A stretch of 61,976 nt of DNA, filler included, from Choristocarpus tenellus KU-1152 (GCA_964200185.2; 11 parts of 11 records of this genome joined end to end with filler, not necessarily neighbours in it); one strand, 5' to 3'; shown: positions 24,421 to 37,040, counted from the first letter of the whole stretch. Notes: generated by a model not told the origin, from the letters alone. Numbers and translations are program-made.

Positions 24421-26420
24421 ATCTTGACATGCCCAGTCTAGAGCCATCAGAGAGAATAACTGGACCAGCCGCGGACTGGCCTAGGAAGAATATGTTTTAA
24501 CAGAGCCAAATCGGAATCATTGAGATGGTAAACTGAACCGGGCCACAGACTGGGCTCTGGTCCAGGTTGACTTCCGGTCAGTTGAAACCCCTGCAACATT
24601 GCAACGACTCTAGAAAGTCATTTTGCATCCTGAAAGCTGTTCATTTCTAGTGGAAATTCAACACAATAATCAGAAAAATTTGCGATGATAAAATCCAAGG
24701 TGTACTCTGTCGATAGGAACGATCCTCTGGAGGCAGAACTCCAATGTTGCACAGCAGAAAAGAGGTAGGAACAAGAGTTTTTACTCTCTGGATTTGATGC
24801 ACCAGCAACATGTTCCAAAAACTTGCTGCACTTGAAAAACGTTCCGTATCATTTGTGTCCTTAGGCTCATCTCATGCTTGGAGGTGCCCTTTCTTTATAG
24901 TGAAGTCAAGGGCAAAATGAGAAGCAACGAGATAACCTCGAATCAAAACACATCTAGCCTTACTGTACCACAAATGAATGATGATGTACCCCTAGTGAAC
25001 TGGAGGTTAAGATGGACTGTATCAAAATTGACCGAATTAATGACTCCAAATTTAAGGAAAATATTTGGGAGTCCCAGCTGAAAAGTGTTGCTTGCAAAAG
25101 ATCCAACCCTGCAGTAAAAACGTGTGGAGGATGAGGCCAAATGTCTCATGGGCGTCTTGCATAAGATAACGCTGAGCAATCACAACTCGCCACCTGAACA
25201 GTGGACCACAATTACCATTTAAACGTGACACTGGCTGCTGAGATTTGGCATGATCTGGTCTAGAATACCTTCCATGGGACTGATGGCGGATCAAATATGT
25301 TGGTGGGTGTACAGGACTTGATATTGGTTGTTTTGAACTTGACTGCTGAGGCTACCTAGTTTACCCACTTTTATTCATTGTCGCAATTTTCTCCCTTACA
25401 TGTATTTGTTCATTGACCCATTGCTACATCTCTGCTTTTGACAGAGGATCAGGACATTTTCCTTCAACTTTTTTTTAATTTTTGCATTACCTTTCTGAAC
25501 ACGGTTTCAAGCATGTATGATGATTCATTCTCCATAACAACGCTTGACTAGTATTAAAGCATTGTTACATCATGTATGTACCTAATGTGTGACAAGAAGA
25601 GCGGTAGAACCATTACTTCATTCAACGATGAGACCTATAATCACGCCATCACTTATGCAAACCCTGCTTTGTTCCGAATCAAGGTGGACTGACCGAACTT
25701 GGTACCCCTGTAGAAGAGTATGCTTGCATATCTACCAGTAACCTCAGCAGAAATCGACAATTTTACGTTGATGCATCCCTGGGGGTCCTCTTAACTCTTC
25801 CAAAAGCCGTGGCTAACCCACAAAGTCAGCAGTGAGAGGAATTTGTGGAAGTACCACTCGGAATCTAAGCTATTTACATATCTCAGTAATCATTGAGACA
25901 TGTGGGTGTGGTCCCAGCATGTAAAACACAGTACAGCACACACATCAACTTCTTGCCTACGTCTATCCTCTTGTTCACACACAAACTCTGAAATCTATTG
26001 TGGCTAGGGAGGTGAGCTTTGTGGAGTTCTCAAAGGTCTCACAACGCAGTACAGTAGGTGCTTTTCAATATAGAACAAGGTAACTTATCAAGAGGAAGAG
26101 AGGCCTCGACAAGGATCAAGAAGATTTCTGTCAAGTCACTGGCAGGGGGGTCCACACAAGAATGCAACTCCATTGCCACAAAAGGCCAGAGGAACACCAG
26201 AGTCAAATGTTGAACATCAACCGTACGTAATCAGAATGGCAGGATTCATTACCACTGACATTTGACCACTCTTAACCCGAGAACAATTCTCTCCAATACC
26301 AAGCAGTACTTCATTGTATGAAGGAACCTATCAACTCCAGTAGAGACCATCCATCATGACAATCAGCTCTCTTTCTTCGCTGGCATGGTCCTTCTGCGTG
26401 GTTTCTCTATTCGCTTTCGA
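24421..26420 (-). mobile_element. Decayed hAT transposase (DUF659-like) with adjacent terminal-type sequence
   Basis: Minus strand reads HDGWS, LLGIGENCSRVKSG, ILVWTPC and SSASRGSF, matching hAT DGWS, WTPCAAH and SASERxFS motifs in order. CAGGGGTTTCAAC end-like motif at 24581-24593. Confidence 0.45.
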
Positions 26421-28402
26421 CTTTTTGGTAACACTGTAAGTGCCCCCACAACCTGGTTCAGGTAAGGGCGGCAGTGGCGAAAAAAATGTGTATACTGGGG
26501 TTGTGAATTGGCTTGGAACGTATTTTTTCAAGTTGTGAATATTGACTTGAAAGTCAAAACCAGATACTCTCACACATTTATATTATACTACACTAAAGAG
26601 TAAGGGCATCCAACTTTCTTTGCACTATTGAATAATACCGTCGTTGAACCATACACTTGCCCTCACAACACGCTGGGGAAATGTGCCTACTCTCTCCCCT
26701 GTTGTAGAAAATATGGATGGGGGAGTCAAAAGCACTATAATGTAGTTGCAGCACGGGAGAGGTTAGCCATTGCAAACCCACATGCCTGTTGCACAGGGAA
26801 ATACTCACGTTTCCAATCATTCCACAGAAACTCAGCCCAAGGAGACATGTCACCAATAAACGGTCCCTTGCAGTTCCCTCTCCCGAATTCAGCCAAATGA
26901 AAGGTTGGAAGAGTCCAGTGAAAGCTGTTGTGATTGTCCAGATGATCATCAGGCGTAGATACTGAGTTCATCCAGTGCCAATTTAGTAGATTTGAGTCAT
27001 GAAAAGAAAAATTGGTGTGTTTGGTCGTGCTCGTTTTGGGAACGGGGTGGAAATTTAGGAACATCCCTGTAGATATCAGCATCACAATAAAAACCATAGG
27101 TCCAAAACGGACGCCAGCACCCCCCCCCAGATACTTTGACCCATACCATAGATTTTTTTCGAATCCGGGAGGAAATAAAAAGGGGAGGTAATACTGAGCG
27201 GGGACCACGATGGAGGTAAGCCAATGTAAATCATTCAAAACGTATGGTGCTGCAAGCACAAATCTTGGAAAACTCACCAATTCAATGCTGCGAAAGACGA
27301 CCAGACACGAGACAGCGTAAACGACCACCTTGAAGACTTCCAGGGAAAGAATAGGACAGGAATATGCAGATCGTTGCAAAATATTTGGTAAGCTTCAAGG
27401 GCGTGGCGGTATTAGGGTTGTATCGACGTCGTGCATGTCCAGTCAAGCTCAAGCACGTTCTTTGCAAGGGTGACTCACGTTCGGCGGGTGGCTTCCTGTG
27501 CACAAGGCTTCCGTTCACGATCTCATGCGAGATAAAGACCAAAGCGTACACCACATAGGCCTGAGTTCGGGGGGGAAGGGCATTTTTATTCCGGGGGCTC
27601 TTTTGGACCTACAACCCAGAACTTTGTGATACCAGGAGTTCATCCCGTTCATCTCTCGCGAACTGCCGCACCATTTGGACTGTAATTGCTCGTCGCCTGG
27701 AAGCAGAAGGGCTAGGTCTCGGCGTATCCGATGAAAAGAGTATCTCCAACTTCCTATGATCCAGCCGAGGCATCGTTCTTGATCCTTCTGGATTTGGAGT
27801 AAAGTATAAACTATAGGTGTTAGAATAATAGTCGTAGTACCAGATGTAGAAACAGGGTTTGTTAAAACGTGGAAGGCGAGATGGCGCACAACTGATACCA
27901 TGTCTCGTTTGCCTTTCTACAACCACTATTAAAACCATTCACCACAATAGTGACAGCGACAGATACTCGATTAAAGTTGCAAACCATGACGATGGGTACT
28001 CTCGGTCGCTAAAATATCCTCCTACAGAACGAATTAGATTGGGGGGTGGTCACCATCAGGTTCCTCATGGAGAGTTGCACTACTGGGCGCGGGCTGTGTG
28101 TTCTGCAGGTACGTGCGCTCTTCTGCTTATGTTTTTCACGCCCCTCTCATTTATCATGGGTACCATAGCACCATGCATGACTACACAGTAGTAGTCGCTT
28201 TACAGTGTAATACAAGTGGGTAAGTGGTGGGTTGGTCAAGGATCTACAAATTGTGGTGGTAATAGCTATGTGTGTACCGGCTTAGCAATAAGAAGATCGG
28301 AAGTGGGATGTGCATTCCTCCTTGCCGAAATGCGCCAAAACTTCTTCCACCCCCTTGGATGACATTTGACAAAGGTGGGGCAGGGACATGGTACATAGGT
28401 AT

Positions 28403-28464
28403 AAGTCAAAGTATCTTAGAGGGTAGAGTCGCGTCCATTTGGGGACCAAAATCCAATGTTGCAA
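28403..28464 (-). mobile_element. MITE family A end, truncated at contig end
   Basis: AGTCAAAGTATCTTAGAGGGTAGAGTCGCGTCCATTTGGGG. Confidence 0.85.
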
Positions 28465-28622
28465 NNNNNNNNNNNNNNNNNNNNNNNNNNNNNNNNNNNN
28501 NNNNNNNNTTAATTAATTAANNNNNNNNNNNNNNNNNNNNNNNNNNNNNNNNNNNNNNNNNNNNGGCGGTGTTTTTTTTTTTTTTTTGTTTTACATTCCC
28601 TATTTTTTTTTTCTCTTCCCCC

Positions 28623-28658
<36 letters not shown>

Positions 28659-29029
28659 ATCCATCCCCCCTCACTCCTTTTTTGGCATACTATTATTAGT
28701 GTTAATAGCATACCAACTGATAGAGTCATCCAATCGTGAGTTGCAAAGGCTATTCATTTGTACACAGCCCTAAACTGCCTGACCTTGTTGTAACTAGAAT
28801 ATATATATATTTTTGGATACACTGTATATAGTGATGGCATTATGCAGTATCTTATTTTTTGTAGACCCCGTAGTCCAGCAGTTGTGCTTTATTATAGCAA
28901 AGCCCCCTTTTGCCTTTCAACACGCCCGTTCCCCAACTCAAAATCAAAATTGACCCCTTGACTCCAATTCAGTTTATTAACCCTGAGTACTCTAGTAGTG
29001 GTGGAAGTCATTACTTAAGAGAGGAAGTA

Positions 29030-30760
29030 CATTTGAAGGAGTTAATATCAATAGAAGCACCCCTTCGCCCTTCCCAATTCCTGCACTACCTTCCCTTCCT
29101 CTTTAGATTGTGCCTGGCCCAGAGACATCCTCTGTATATGCCTTCCTCGGCACTATTGCCAAAGATTTCGGAAAGGTAGACGCCTCCGCCGAGCTTCTTC
29201 GGGTGAGTGGGAAGAATGTCTGCGTGTTTACTGATGATGCCAGTAAGATTCGTGCAGAGTAGTATACTCTGTGCAATCGTGCTATTTCAATTACATGGTC
29301 GTGTTTTAATGAATGGCTCGGATATCTGAAGGCGTGAGGAAAGTCCTTGAGGATGGGGCAGAAGAATGCAATGATTCTGACCTTCTGATCTATTCAGGGG
29401 GGAGCGTACAGTCCTACTTCAGTGCAAGGGGAGCACTTGTGAGGTCAGAGCTCACCAGCGGGGAAGTCGAGTTCATCGTCGTCGGGTTCAGCCTCCCCCA
29501 GCCAGGCTGACAGTGGAGCAGTAGAATTCTCCTTGGCCACTTCTGTGGATAAATACTACTGGGGCGGGTTGGGCATTACTCTCACTTGATGCCGTTGCCA
29601 ATTTGAATTGCTCAGATCTCAGGAAGTTGGTGGTGACAACAGCCACCGGGTGGTGCGTCTGTCGATGGGATGAACGGGTTGGTGAAGAGGAACAGGACAA
29701 GGGTGATGAAAAGAGTGGAGATGAGTTGATATGTGATGGTCGGGGTGAAACCTCAAGGCAGTGCGTGTAGCTGCATGAACTGGTTGTGTACGGACAAATC
29801 CGACCAGGAAACGAAACAGAGTGCGGCTTGACTAAACGGGAGTCACTAATGGGAGTCACTAAATGGGAGTCACTAAATGGGAGTCACTAATGGGAGTCAG
29901 TCGTGATGATGGACTCAAAGAATCGAGAGCGACGCGAAAGGATGTTGAAGAGATCGTTATTAGTGAAGAGGATCTCTGAACAGAGGGGTAGAATCCGTCG
30001 TCAAGATTCTGACTAGAACTGAAACCAAGAATTCGTGGTGGTTCTGATTGTATGTTAGAACTTTATGAAGCCCCTGAGGCTACCGAGCGGGTAGTCAGCT
30101 CACTACCGTATCTCCTTGGTAGCTCAGGGGTTTACTAAACTTCCAACAAGAGCTAGTCCCGGGGATTGCAAGTTGTTAGACTTAGGGTTAGGTTTTGTCT
30201 GGGCATTGCTATCCCTCTAGTCAGTGACTAACTTTGGCGGTCGGTTAGTTGAGTGCGTGTGTAGGGTGTTATAACGACGTATTCAGCCTTTGATGGATGC
30301 ATATCCACATGCCGGGATTCTATGAACTCCAGTAAACTCCTGCGGTACCGAGCAAGCACGCGGCTAGCTGACTACCTGCTTGAGAGTTCGGGGGTTTACT
30401 GAGCATCTAACCCCAACAAGAGGTGGACTTTTGAACCCAAGCAGATTCTGACAAGGGGTGGGATGAAGAGTCAGTCCATGGATGATGGGCACCTTTGAAT
30501 CAAAGACGAGGGCTACTGGAAAGACTCTCGACCAGGGATGTATGTGGCAGGGGAGGTGTGCTCGTACTCAGTAAACTGGGAAAGGCCCTTGGTGATGCTC
30601 TCAATCCGAGATGTGCCCTTCGAAGTAGTGTCTCTTCCACTCCGCGAACTGGAAAAACCCTCAGTGAGACGACGGACTCTCAGTGAGACCCTCAACCTCA
30701 GATGTGCCACCGGAGGTGTTACCTCAGACATAATTTCAACACTTTGTATTCATTAAAACA
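29030..30760 (-). mobile_element. Decayed LINE 5' part (ORF1 with Cys/His finger, start of APE endonuclease)
   Basis: Minus strand reads GRICPYTTSSCSYTH, followed by ILLCTNLTGIISK..YLSE..CLWARHNLKRKGR..GRRG, resembling the APE N-terminus (NxxG, LSE, RxxxxGGG). Confidence 0.45.
29829..29899. repeat. 13-14 bp tandem repeat (GGGAGTCACTAAAT)n
   Basis: About 5 copies visible. Confidence 0.9.
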
Positions 30761-31338
30761 GAAACTGAAGTAGGTCAAGGTTCGTCAGGAGCTAGACAAG
30801 AGCGCAGGGTATGCATAGTATAGACTCGTTCTGGTGTGCGTGATATTGTTTATTTCTATTTTTTTCATTTCATCCCTTTTCATCATTGCTGGCGGTATTA
30901 GTTCATTTTCATATTACTTCCTCTATTATCTCTCCATTTTTTTTTTATTACTGCTCTTTTTCTGATCATGATTTTTTGGATTTTGATCTTGTATGATACC
31001 TGGAGAGGAAGGATGAGGGGTAGGGAGGGGGTAGGTTGGGCTCTGGCTTGCCTAATTTTGAGTCACTTTGTGAATACTCTCATTATTCTTCTGTGGTTGG
31101 AGTCTAACCTATGTGGTCTGTCTACTGTGTGAGTAAGAGAAGGGAGTTAGGACTATGGTTTAGGTTAGGTTAGGTTAGGTTCAATATATATCATTCTTTT
31201 TTTTATGTTGTTGATGATTACAAGACCCCAACCGTGACACTCCAGTCCTCAACCGTTAGAGGGTAAGTGTATAGTGGAATCCAGAATCTTCCGGGCTATA
31301 AACTTCAACTTGAGAATGTTGCTCAGAACAGACCGCTG

Positions 31339-31369
<31 letters not shown>

Positions 31370-31508
31370 CTCCTCTGTCCTATGTGTCTGTTAGGTCTTC
31401 GTCATAACTTTTCATAATCATGACAGATTTGCTAGTTGTTTGTTCTTTGAGGTATTTTGATTTTCACGGTGTGCAACCTTTGACAAACACATGTGCGTGC
31501 GCACGCAC

Positions 31509-31578
31509 GTACATACATACATACACACACACATACATACATACATACATACATACATACATACATACATACATACAT
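31509..31578. repeat. (ACAT)n microsatellite abutting a splice acceptor
   Basis: Directly visible. Confidence 0.95.
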
Positions 31579-31585
31579 CTTGCAG

Positions 31586-33322
31586 GTGGCCTTGAAGACA
31601 GAGCCAGCAAGCGCAACCTATGCTCTCAACCTCGTGCACGCCGAAGAGGTGCGGAACAACCATCGGGGGGCGCTCAAAGAGGCAGTGATGTTCCTGCACA
31701 ACAATTCCTCTGGAAGGGTGGGGTCTCGAGGGATCGAGAGCTGGTGGGTGGGTGTTTGTTTGTGCATTGTTTGTGTATGTGTACACATTTTATTTATTTT
31801 TTTAGTTGGTACACTATTCTTTATTATTTAATATTATTAGTGCAATAGCTTGGATGGTAGTGTGCAATTGCGTATTCTTCACACGTGTTGCTCCACCGGT
31901 GGTGGGTGTACCTCTCTGTACGTGTACAGGTCTTTGAAAATAGGGTCTGAAACTGATCGTTGTAAGTTTTGGTGCTTGATGGCTCTGGAGCGCTCTTTAT
32001 TGCTCTGGAATGCCCTGAACTGTTGCGTCTTGTTGTAGTGGTCTGTAGGTGATGTGTGCGTATTTCGAAAGTTAGGATTAAATTTTAATTCTTGTCTTCC
32101 TACACACGCTGTGTTTCTAGTCCAGGAAAACCTCACAAGTTGCAACTTTTTTGCTTCTTTTCCAATAATTATTTCCCCCCAATATCGATGCTGTACGTAG
32201 GGTGCACTGCAGTTTTTTTCACACTGTACGGCTTAAGACATCGCCTCCAATCTAAATGTAAAAACCAGGCGGAGGACTTCGACATTGGGACATGTTTTTG
32301 GGAAGTGGTAAGGTTTATGAGAATGGCACAGGTGGCCAAGGCTGGGTATAGGTTTTTGGTTCAGTCGGAGTTCAATGTAGAGAACAAATTGCATCACTGC
32401 TTCCTGGAATACGCCATGTCAGTAGTACAAATACCCATGGCAGTTATTCGTTCGTAGAAGAAGTTGTAAGCCGTTTGTTGATACGTGGAAGGAGGTGATA
32501 TTCTGCCGTTGACCTCTTAGTTGTCACTCAGCAGAGGTCTACTAGAAAAGTTGGACTGTGCACAGAAAATATTTTTTTTTTAAGTTGATTTTTTTTACTT
32601 CAAAAAAAATAAATCTGGTGCAGTCGAGCAGAACACTCCGTTTCAAAAAAGAGGTGTGAATTATCAGACAAATATAGACGTGAACAGAGAAGATGCCCTG
32701 TTGTTGTTTTTGTTTTTTGTTTTTTTAAAAGGAGGGACACCTCTCTGTGAGTGTTGCGCTGTTGTTTGTACCCTTGTCACCATCTACTCTGCTTGTTGGA
32801 AAAAGAAAAACGGACCCTGTTATCGTACTTGTTTATATACGCACGCATTAGCATTGTTTGGGCAGAACTGTCTGACCAGGATGCAACATCCTCGTATCTA
32901 CAGCAGTAGTGGTATGATGGTAGACTCACACAAGTTCCTCCCCCCCCCCCCCCCCCCCCCCCCCCCACCCCCCCCTCAAGTGTTTAAAAAAGAGAAGGCG
33001 GGGGTGATAACAGCCTGTTTTTTATNNNNNNNNNNAGGAGGGGTTGGAGGGGTGACTCACACAAGTTCCTCCCCCCCCCCCCCCCTCCACCCCTTCTCAA
33101 TCCCCCGTTGAAGTGTTTAAAAAGGAGTATGCGGTGGTAGTAACAGACTTGTTATTATATCGGTTCCCTAAGGTCATGCAATAACCATCCTCCTATTGAT
33201 AGCAGAAAAAATCCTGGAGCATGTAGGAGTGCATACTGGTGGCGCAGGCGTGTACTATCCTTTCTATGTCGAAGCCCGACCCCAATCAAGTAACGTTCCC
33301 AACCTTGGAAAATATGGCACAC

Positions 33323-33355
<33 letters not shown>

Positions 33356-33472
33356 GAGATCCTCCGTATTTTGGAAGGCTTGGAAGATGTTGCCTCTGTG
33401 GGGGACAATGACGCTCCTGCTGGGGTGTCAACTCTTACCCCTTGTTCACCACGCAAGCTGAAGGTTGAATGG
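31586..33472 (+). CDS. Two internal exons (31586-31743; 33355 to about 33472) of an unidentified, probably TPR-like helical protein
   Basis: cag|VALKTEPASATYALNLVHAEEVRNNHRGALKEAVMFLHNNSSGRVGSRGIES(C)|gt joins in phase 2 to cag|EILRILEGLEDVASVG.. GC-rich, coding-like composition. Confidence 0.6.
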
Positions 33473-33863
33473 GTGACGCATGAGAAGGATGGGGGGGGAG
33501 GAGGAGGGGTGGGGAGGAGAAGGGAGGAAATGTGGGGGGTAGAGGAGGGCTTGAGCTTTGNNNNNNNNNNNNNNNNNNNNNNNNNNNNNNNNNNNNNNNN
33601 NNNNTTAATTAATTAANNNNNNNNNNNNNNNNNNNNNNNNNNNNNNNNNNNNNNNNNNNNTTGACCGAAACGGCCCCCCCATCACAAACCCCCCCCCCCC
33701 CCCCAGATACTTTGACCGTCTAGAGGTGTTCCCAGTGTTCATCTTAGTATGGTCAAGTACCCCACCATGAAATGTGAGGCAAAGGGAGTAGCGAGAGGTA
33801 GGGTTGCACTTTAAGGATGCCGACAATTACATGCAAGATCCGACTTTCGTACCAATGAGTACA

Positions 33864-34161
33864 GTGGAGTAAAGTATCTTAGGGTTAGGGTACAAGTTTT
33901 GCCCTGTTTGTCCATTTGGGACTTGGCTTCCCACCAGTTTTTAAATTCATTTTCCTATTCCAAAATGTTTCGGAATTGGTAAGATGTGTATGTTTTTGGA
34001 GTAGGCTTCATGCATAAAACTATGAAAAGGTGTGCCCCGGAACAAGGATATTGATACATCATCAAAAACACAATAGCCAAAAATACATCAAAATCGCAAC
34101 ATTGGATTTTGGTCCCCCCAAATGGACGCGGCTGTGTGCCTTCTAAGATATATTTTCACTC
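33864..34161 (+). mobile_element. MITE family A, diverged copy
   Basis: AAAGTATCTTAGGGTTAGGGTACAAG ... TTCTAAGATATATTTTCACTC; interior matches family A. Confidence 0.8.
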
Positions 34162-34394
34162 AGGGGACACTTTCCCAATTCTGTCCGGAAATTTTCAAAC
34201 CATTTAGAGGTACCAAGCAACACACTCTCAATTCGATCTCGGCACTTCAACCATAAAACCAAGGACGAACCACAAAATATGAAAAAAAAACGTGGCTTCA
34301 CTACCTCCTGACTGCTTTTTCGAACGCGTCCTATCCCACCACACGTTTAGTCCTTACCGGGCCTTGTCTCGTGTGATCTCTTCACCAAGAGCAG

Positions 34395-35971
34395 GACGAC
34401 CACCGCCTGGTGATGGGAAGAGGGAAGTGGCTCACCTCCTTTGACAAGTACCGTGCGAAACAGGAGCCCATCACGGATGACTTCCCCATCACCTGCCTCT
34501 GCTTCAACCTGACTTCTCTCACCATCCTCACTGCTGCGGACCGAACGGTCAAGGTGCGTTGTCAGGCGTTTTTATTTGCTATACACACACACATACACTT
34601 GCAGAAAAAAAAAAAAAAAACCAACCCGAAATTTCACGGAAGGTCGCTATATTTACGGATAAATATTGCGTTAGAACCAATGAGTGAAAGTATCTTTGAG
34701 GGTACGAGTTTTTCTCCATTTGTCCGTTTGGGGCTTCACTTCCCACGGGATTTTTATGACATTTTTCCGACTCTGAAATGTTTCGGAGCAGGTAAAATGT
34801 ATACGTTATGAAATGATGTGTCCAGAACATGGATATTGGCACTTCCTAACAAACATGATAGCCAAAATTAAATTAAAATCGCAGCATGGGATTTTGGCCC
34901 CCAAACGGGTGCAGCTCTACCTTCTATAGTTTGACTCATTGTGTTAGAACCAACACAGTACAGTACGACACGATACAATACACCCTCAACAACCCTAACC
35001 CAAACCCTAACCCAAAACCACTTTGGCTTTCGTGCGGTCCAGTGTAACCGTTAGCATTGATCCATCCTTTCTGACTGTATAACCGGGGAACTGTTTGCAC
35101 AACTCGAAGAAAGGACTACTATGTAGAATCGATCTAGAATGATTGGAATCTCTTCACCCAATCATAAGCATTGCAATTCGGGGAACATTCGAGGAATACA
35201 AAAACAACAAAGAACAAAAACAACAGTGCTAGAATACCTTGTGTATGTGTGTGTGTGTATGTGTGGGAAGTTGTATGGTCCTGATTGCTGTACTTTTTCG
35301 TAATGCCCACTAATAGAGCTCATACGGTGTTTTATTATCTTTTCCTCATCAGTAGTGGCCAAGGTATCCTGCTGCAGCAAGTATGCTTTCACAAAAGAAT
35401 CCTCTTGTTCTAAAGGACCTTGTGATTTTTGTTTAGTATCAACATGTATAAGAGGCAAGGCAAGACACGTACGGTATGGTACACTCTCTGGTCATTTCTT
35501 TATGCAGCGAACGTCAAGCGAGCTAACAATGACTGACTTCCCCACACATTTCATCTAGTGGAGACTATCCAACTAACAATGACTGACGTTCCTACCCATT
35601 TCATGAAGTGGAGACCATCCAGCTAACAATGACTGACTTCCTTACACATTTCATGAAGTGGAGACTATCCAATTAACAATGACTGACTTCCCTACCCATT
35701 TCATGAAGTGGAGACCATCCAGCTAATGATGACTAACTTCCTTACACATTTCATCAATTGGAGAACATCCACCTAACACTGACTGAATTCCCTACACATT
35801 GTATTTCGTTTGCTGTGGGGGGTGTCTATCTGTCTCTATCCTCTTGTTCCTGAAAAACGCTGGAGACTGCAATCATGTCATGAAGATTTGGGATGCTGTG
35901 GCTGGCATCTTAAAGGGAGCATACCGGAACATTACCAAATATGATATCACAGCCGCGTGTCTCGATGACAG
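34395..35971 (+). CDS. WD40-repeat protein (WDR49/WDR64/EFCAB8-like), two internal exons 34395-34553 and 35886-35971
   Basis: In-phase splice gives ..PITCLCFNLTSLTILTAADRTVK|IWDAVAGILKGAYRNITKYDITAACLDD(R): a WD repeat followed by the ITAxCLDDR motif typical of this group. Confidence 0.8.
34682..34937 (+). mobile_element. MITE family A, complete intronic copy
   Basis: GAGTGAAAGTATCTTTGAGGGTA ... TTTGACTC. Confidence 0.88.
35518..35801. repeat. 51-bp intronic minisatellite, about 5.5 copies
   Basis: Unit approximately AGCTAACAATGACTGACTTCCCTACACATTTCATGAAGTGGAGACCATCC. Confidence 0.92.
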
Positions 35972-36164
35972 GTGATATTGACCTATTGATGGAGTTTTGG
36001 GCCCTCACTGCCTCCCACTGCAGTCATCCTTCTAGTCTCTCTGTCCACTTGCATAGAGCACCTCTTCACGGCTCCTTCTTGATGCACAACATAAACATAT
36101 ATAGCAATTCAATTAGGAAAGTCATCCTTCTAGTCTCTCTGTCCACTCGTGTGCAACAGCTCTA

Positions 36165-36400
36165 GAGTGAAGCATCTTAGAGGGTACGAGTTTTGCCCTG
36201 TTTGTCCGTTTGGCGCTTGGCTGGCTCCCTACGTTTTTCTTATGACATTTTCCTACTCCGAAATGTATACGTTATGAAAAGGCATGTCTGGAACAAGGAT
36301 ATTGACACTCGCTAACAAACACGATAGCCAAAATTACATCAAAAAATCGCAACATTGGATTCATTTTGACCCCCAAACGGACATGACTCCTCTTCGTGGC
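36165..36400 (+). mobile_element. MITE family A, copy with degraded right end
   Basis: GAGTGAAGCATCTTAGAGGGTACGAG start and matching interior. Confidence 0.82.
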
Positions 36401-36690
36401 TACTTTGTGATGCACCGACATATACACTACAGTGATTTGATCTTGAAAGCACTCTGCTTGCCACAATGATACCGATACCTATCTGTGAAGAGCCAAAGTG
36501 AGCTCACTTCCTTAATACTGTCCCCCTTGCTACACAGAGTTAGTTGGCAGTTAGTTATTTTGATACTCCTCCTTCGGACAAACTTGCACCTGAACCCAGT
36601 TGTCCACTACCTGTCTCAGCACTACTGCGGATAGGCAGTGATAATACATGCACAATAGGCCAACACTATCGTAGATGGTGAACGATGTTT

Positions 36691-36885
36691 GGCTCAAAGT
36701 ATCTGTGGGGAGGCGGGGGGGAGTGTGCACCAGGGTGTCCATTTGGGCCCTGACCAAGAGAAGTGCACTTACATTATCCATCTGAGGCATGCAGAGTCAA
36801 ACGATCTTAGAGGGTAGAGTCGTGTCCATTTGGGGGTCAAAATCCAATGTTGCAATTTTGATGTAATTTTGGAGTAGGAAAATAG
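36691..36885. mobile_element. Family B MITE end directly followed by a family A end (probable nested insertion)
   Basis: GGCTCAAAGTATCTGTGGGG at 36691 with family B interior, interrupted at 36794 by GAGTCAAACGATCTTAGAGGGTAGAG. Confidence 0.7.
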
Positions 36886-37040
36886 NNNNNNNNNNNNNNN
36901 NNNNNNNNNNNNNNNNNNNNNNNNNNNNNTTAATTAATTAANNNNNNNNNNNNNNNNNNNNNNNNNNNNNNNNNNNNNNNNNNNNTGTGATTTTTTTCAC
37001 CCTCGGGTTGGGGAGAGCCTAGAGGGGGGGTGTGTGTGGT

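Noticed and set aside
26735-27379. 214-aa ORF as an intact gene
   Set aside because: It reads through a MITE end (SKYLGGG), so it is a chance fusion of unrelated segments.
32920-33150. Direct duplication around a 10-N gap
   Set aside because: Looks like overlapping scaffold ends broken at poly-C runs.
35518-35801. Regularly spaced repeats as a CRISPR array (also 51469-51727)
   Set aside because: Head-to-tail units with no unique spacers and no cas genes; eukaryotic context.
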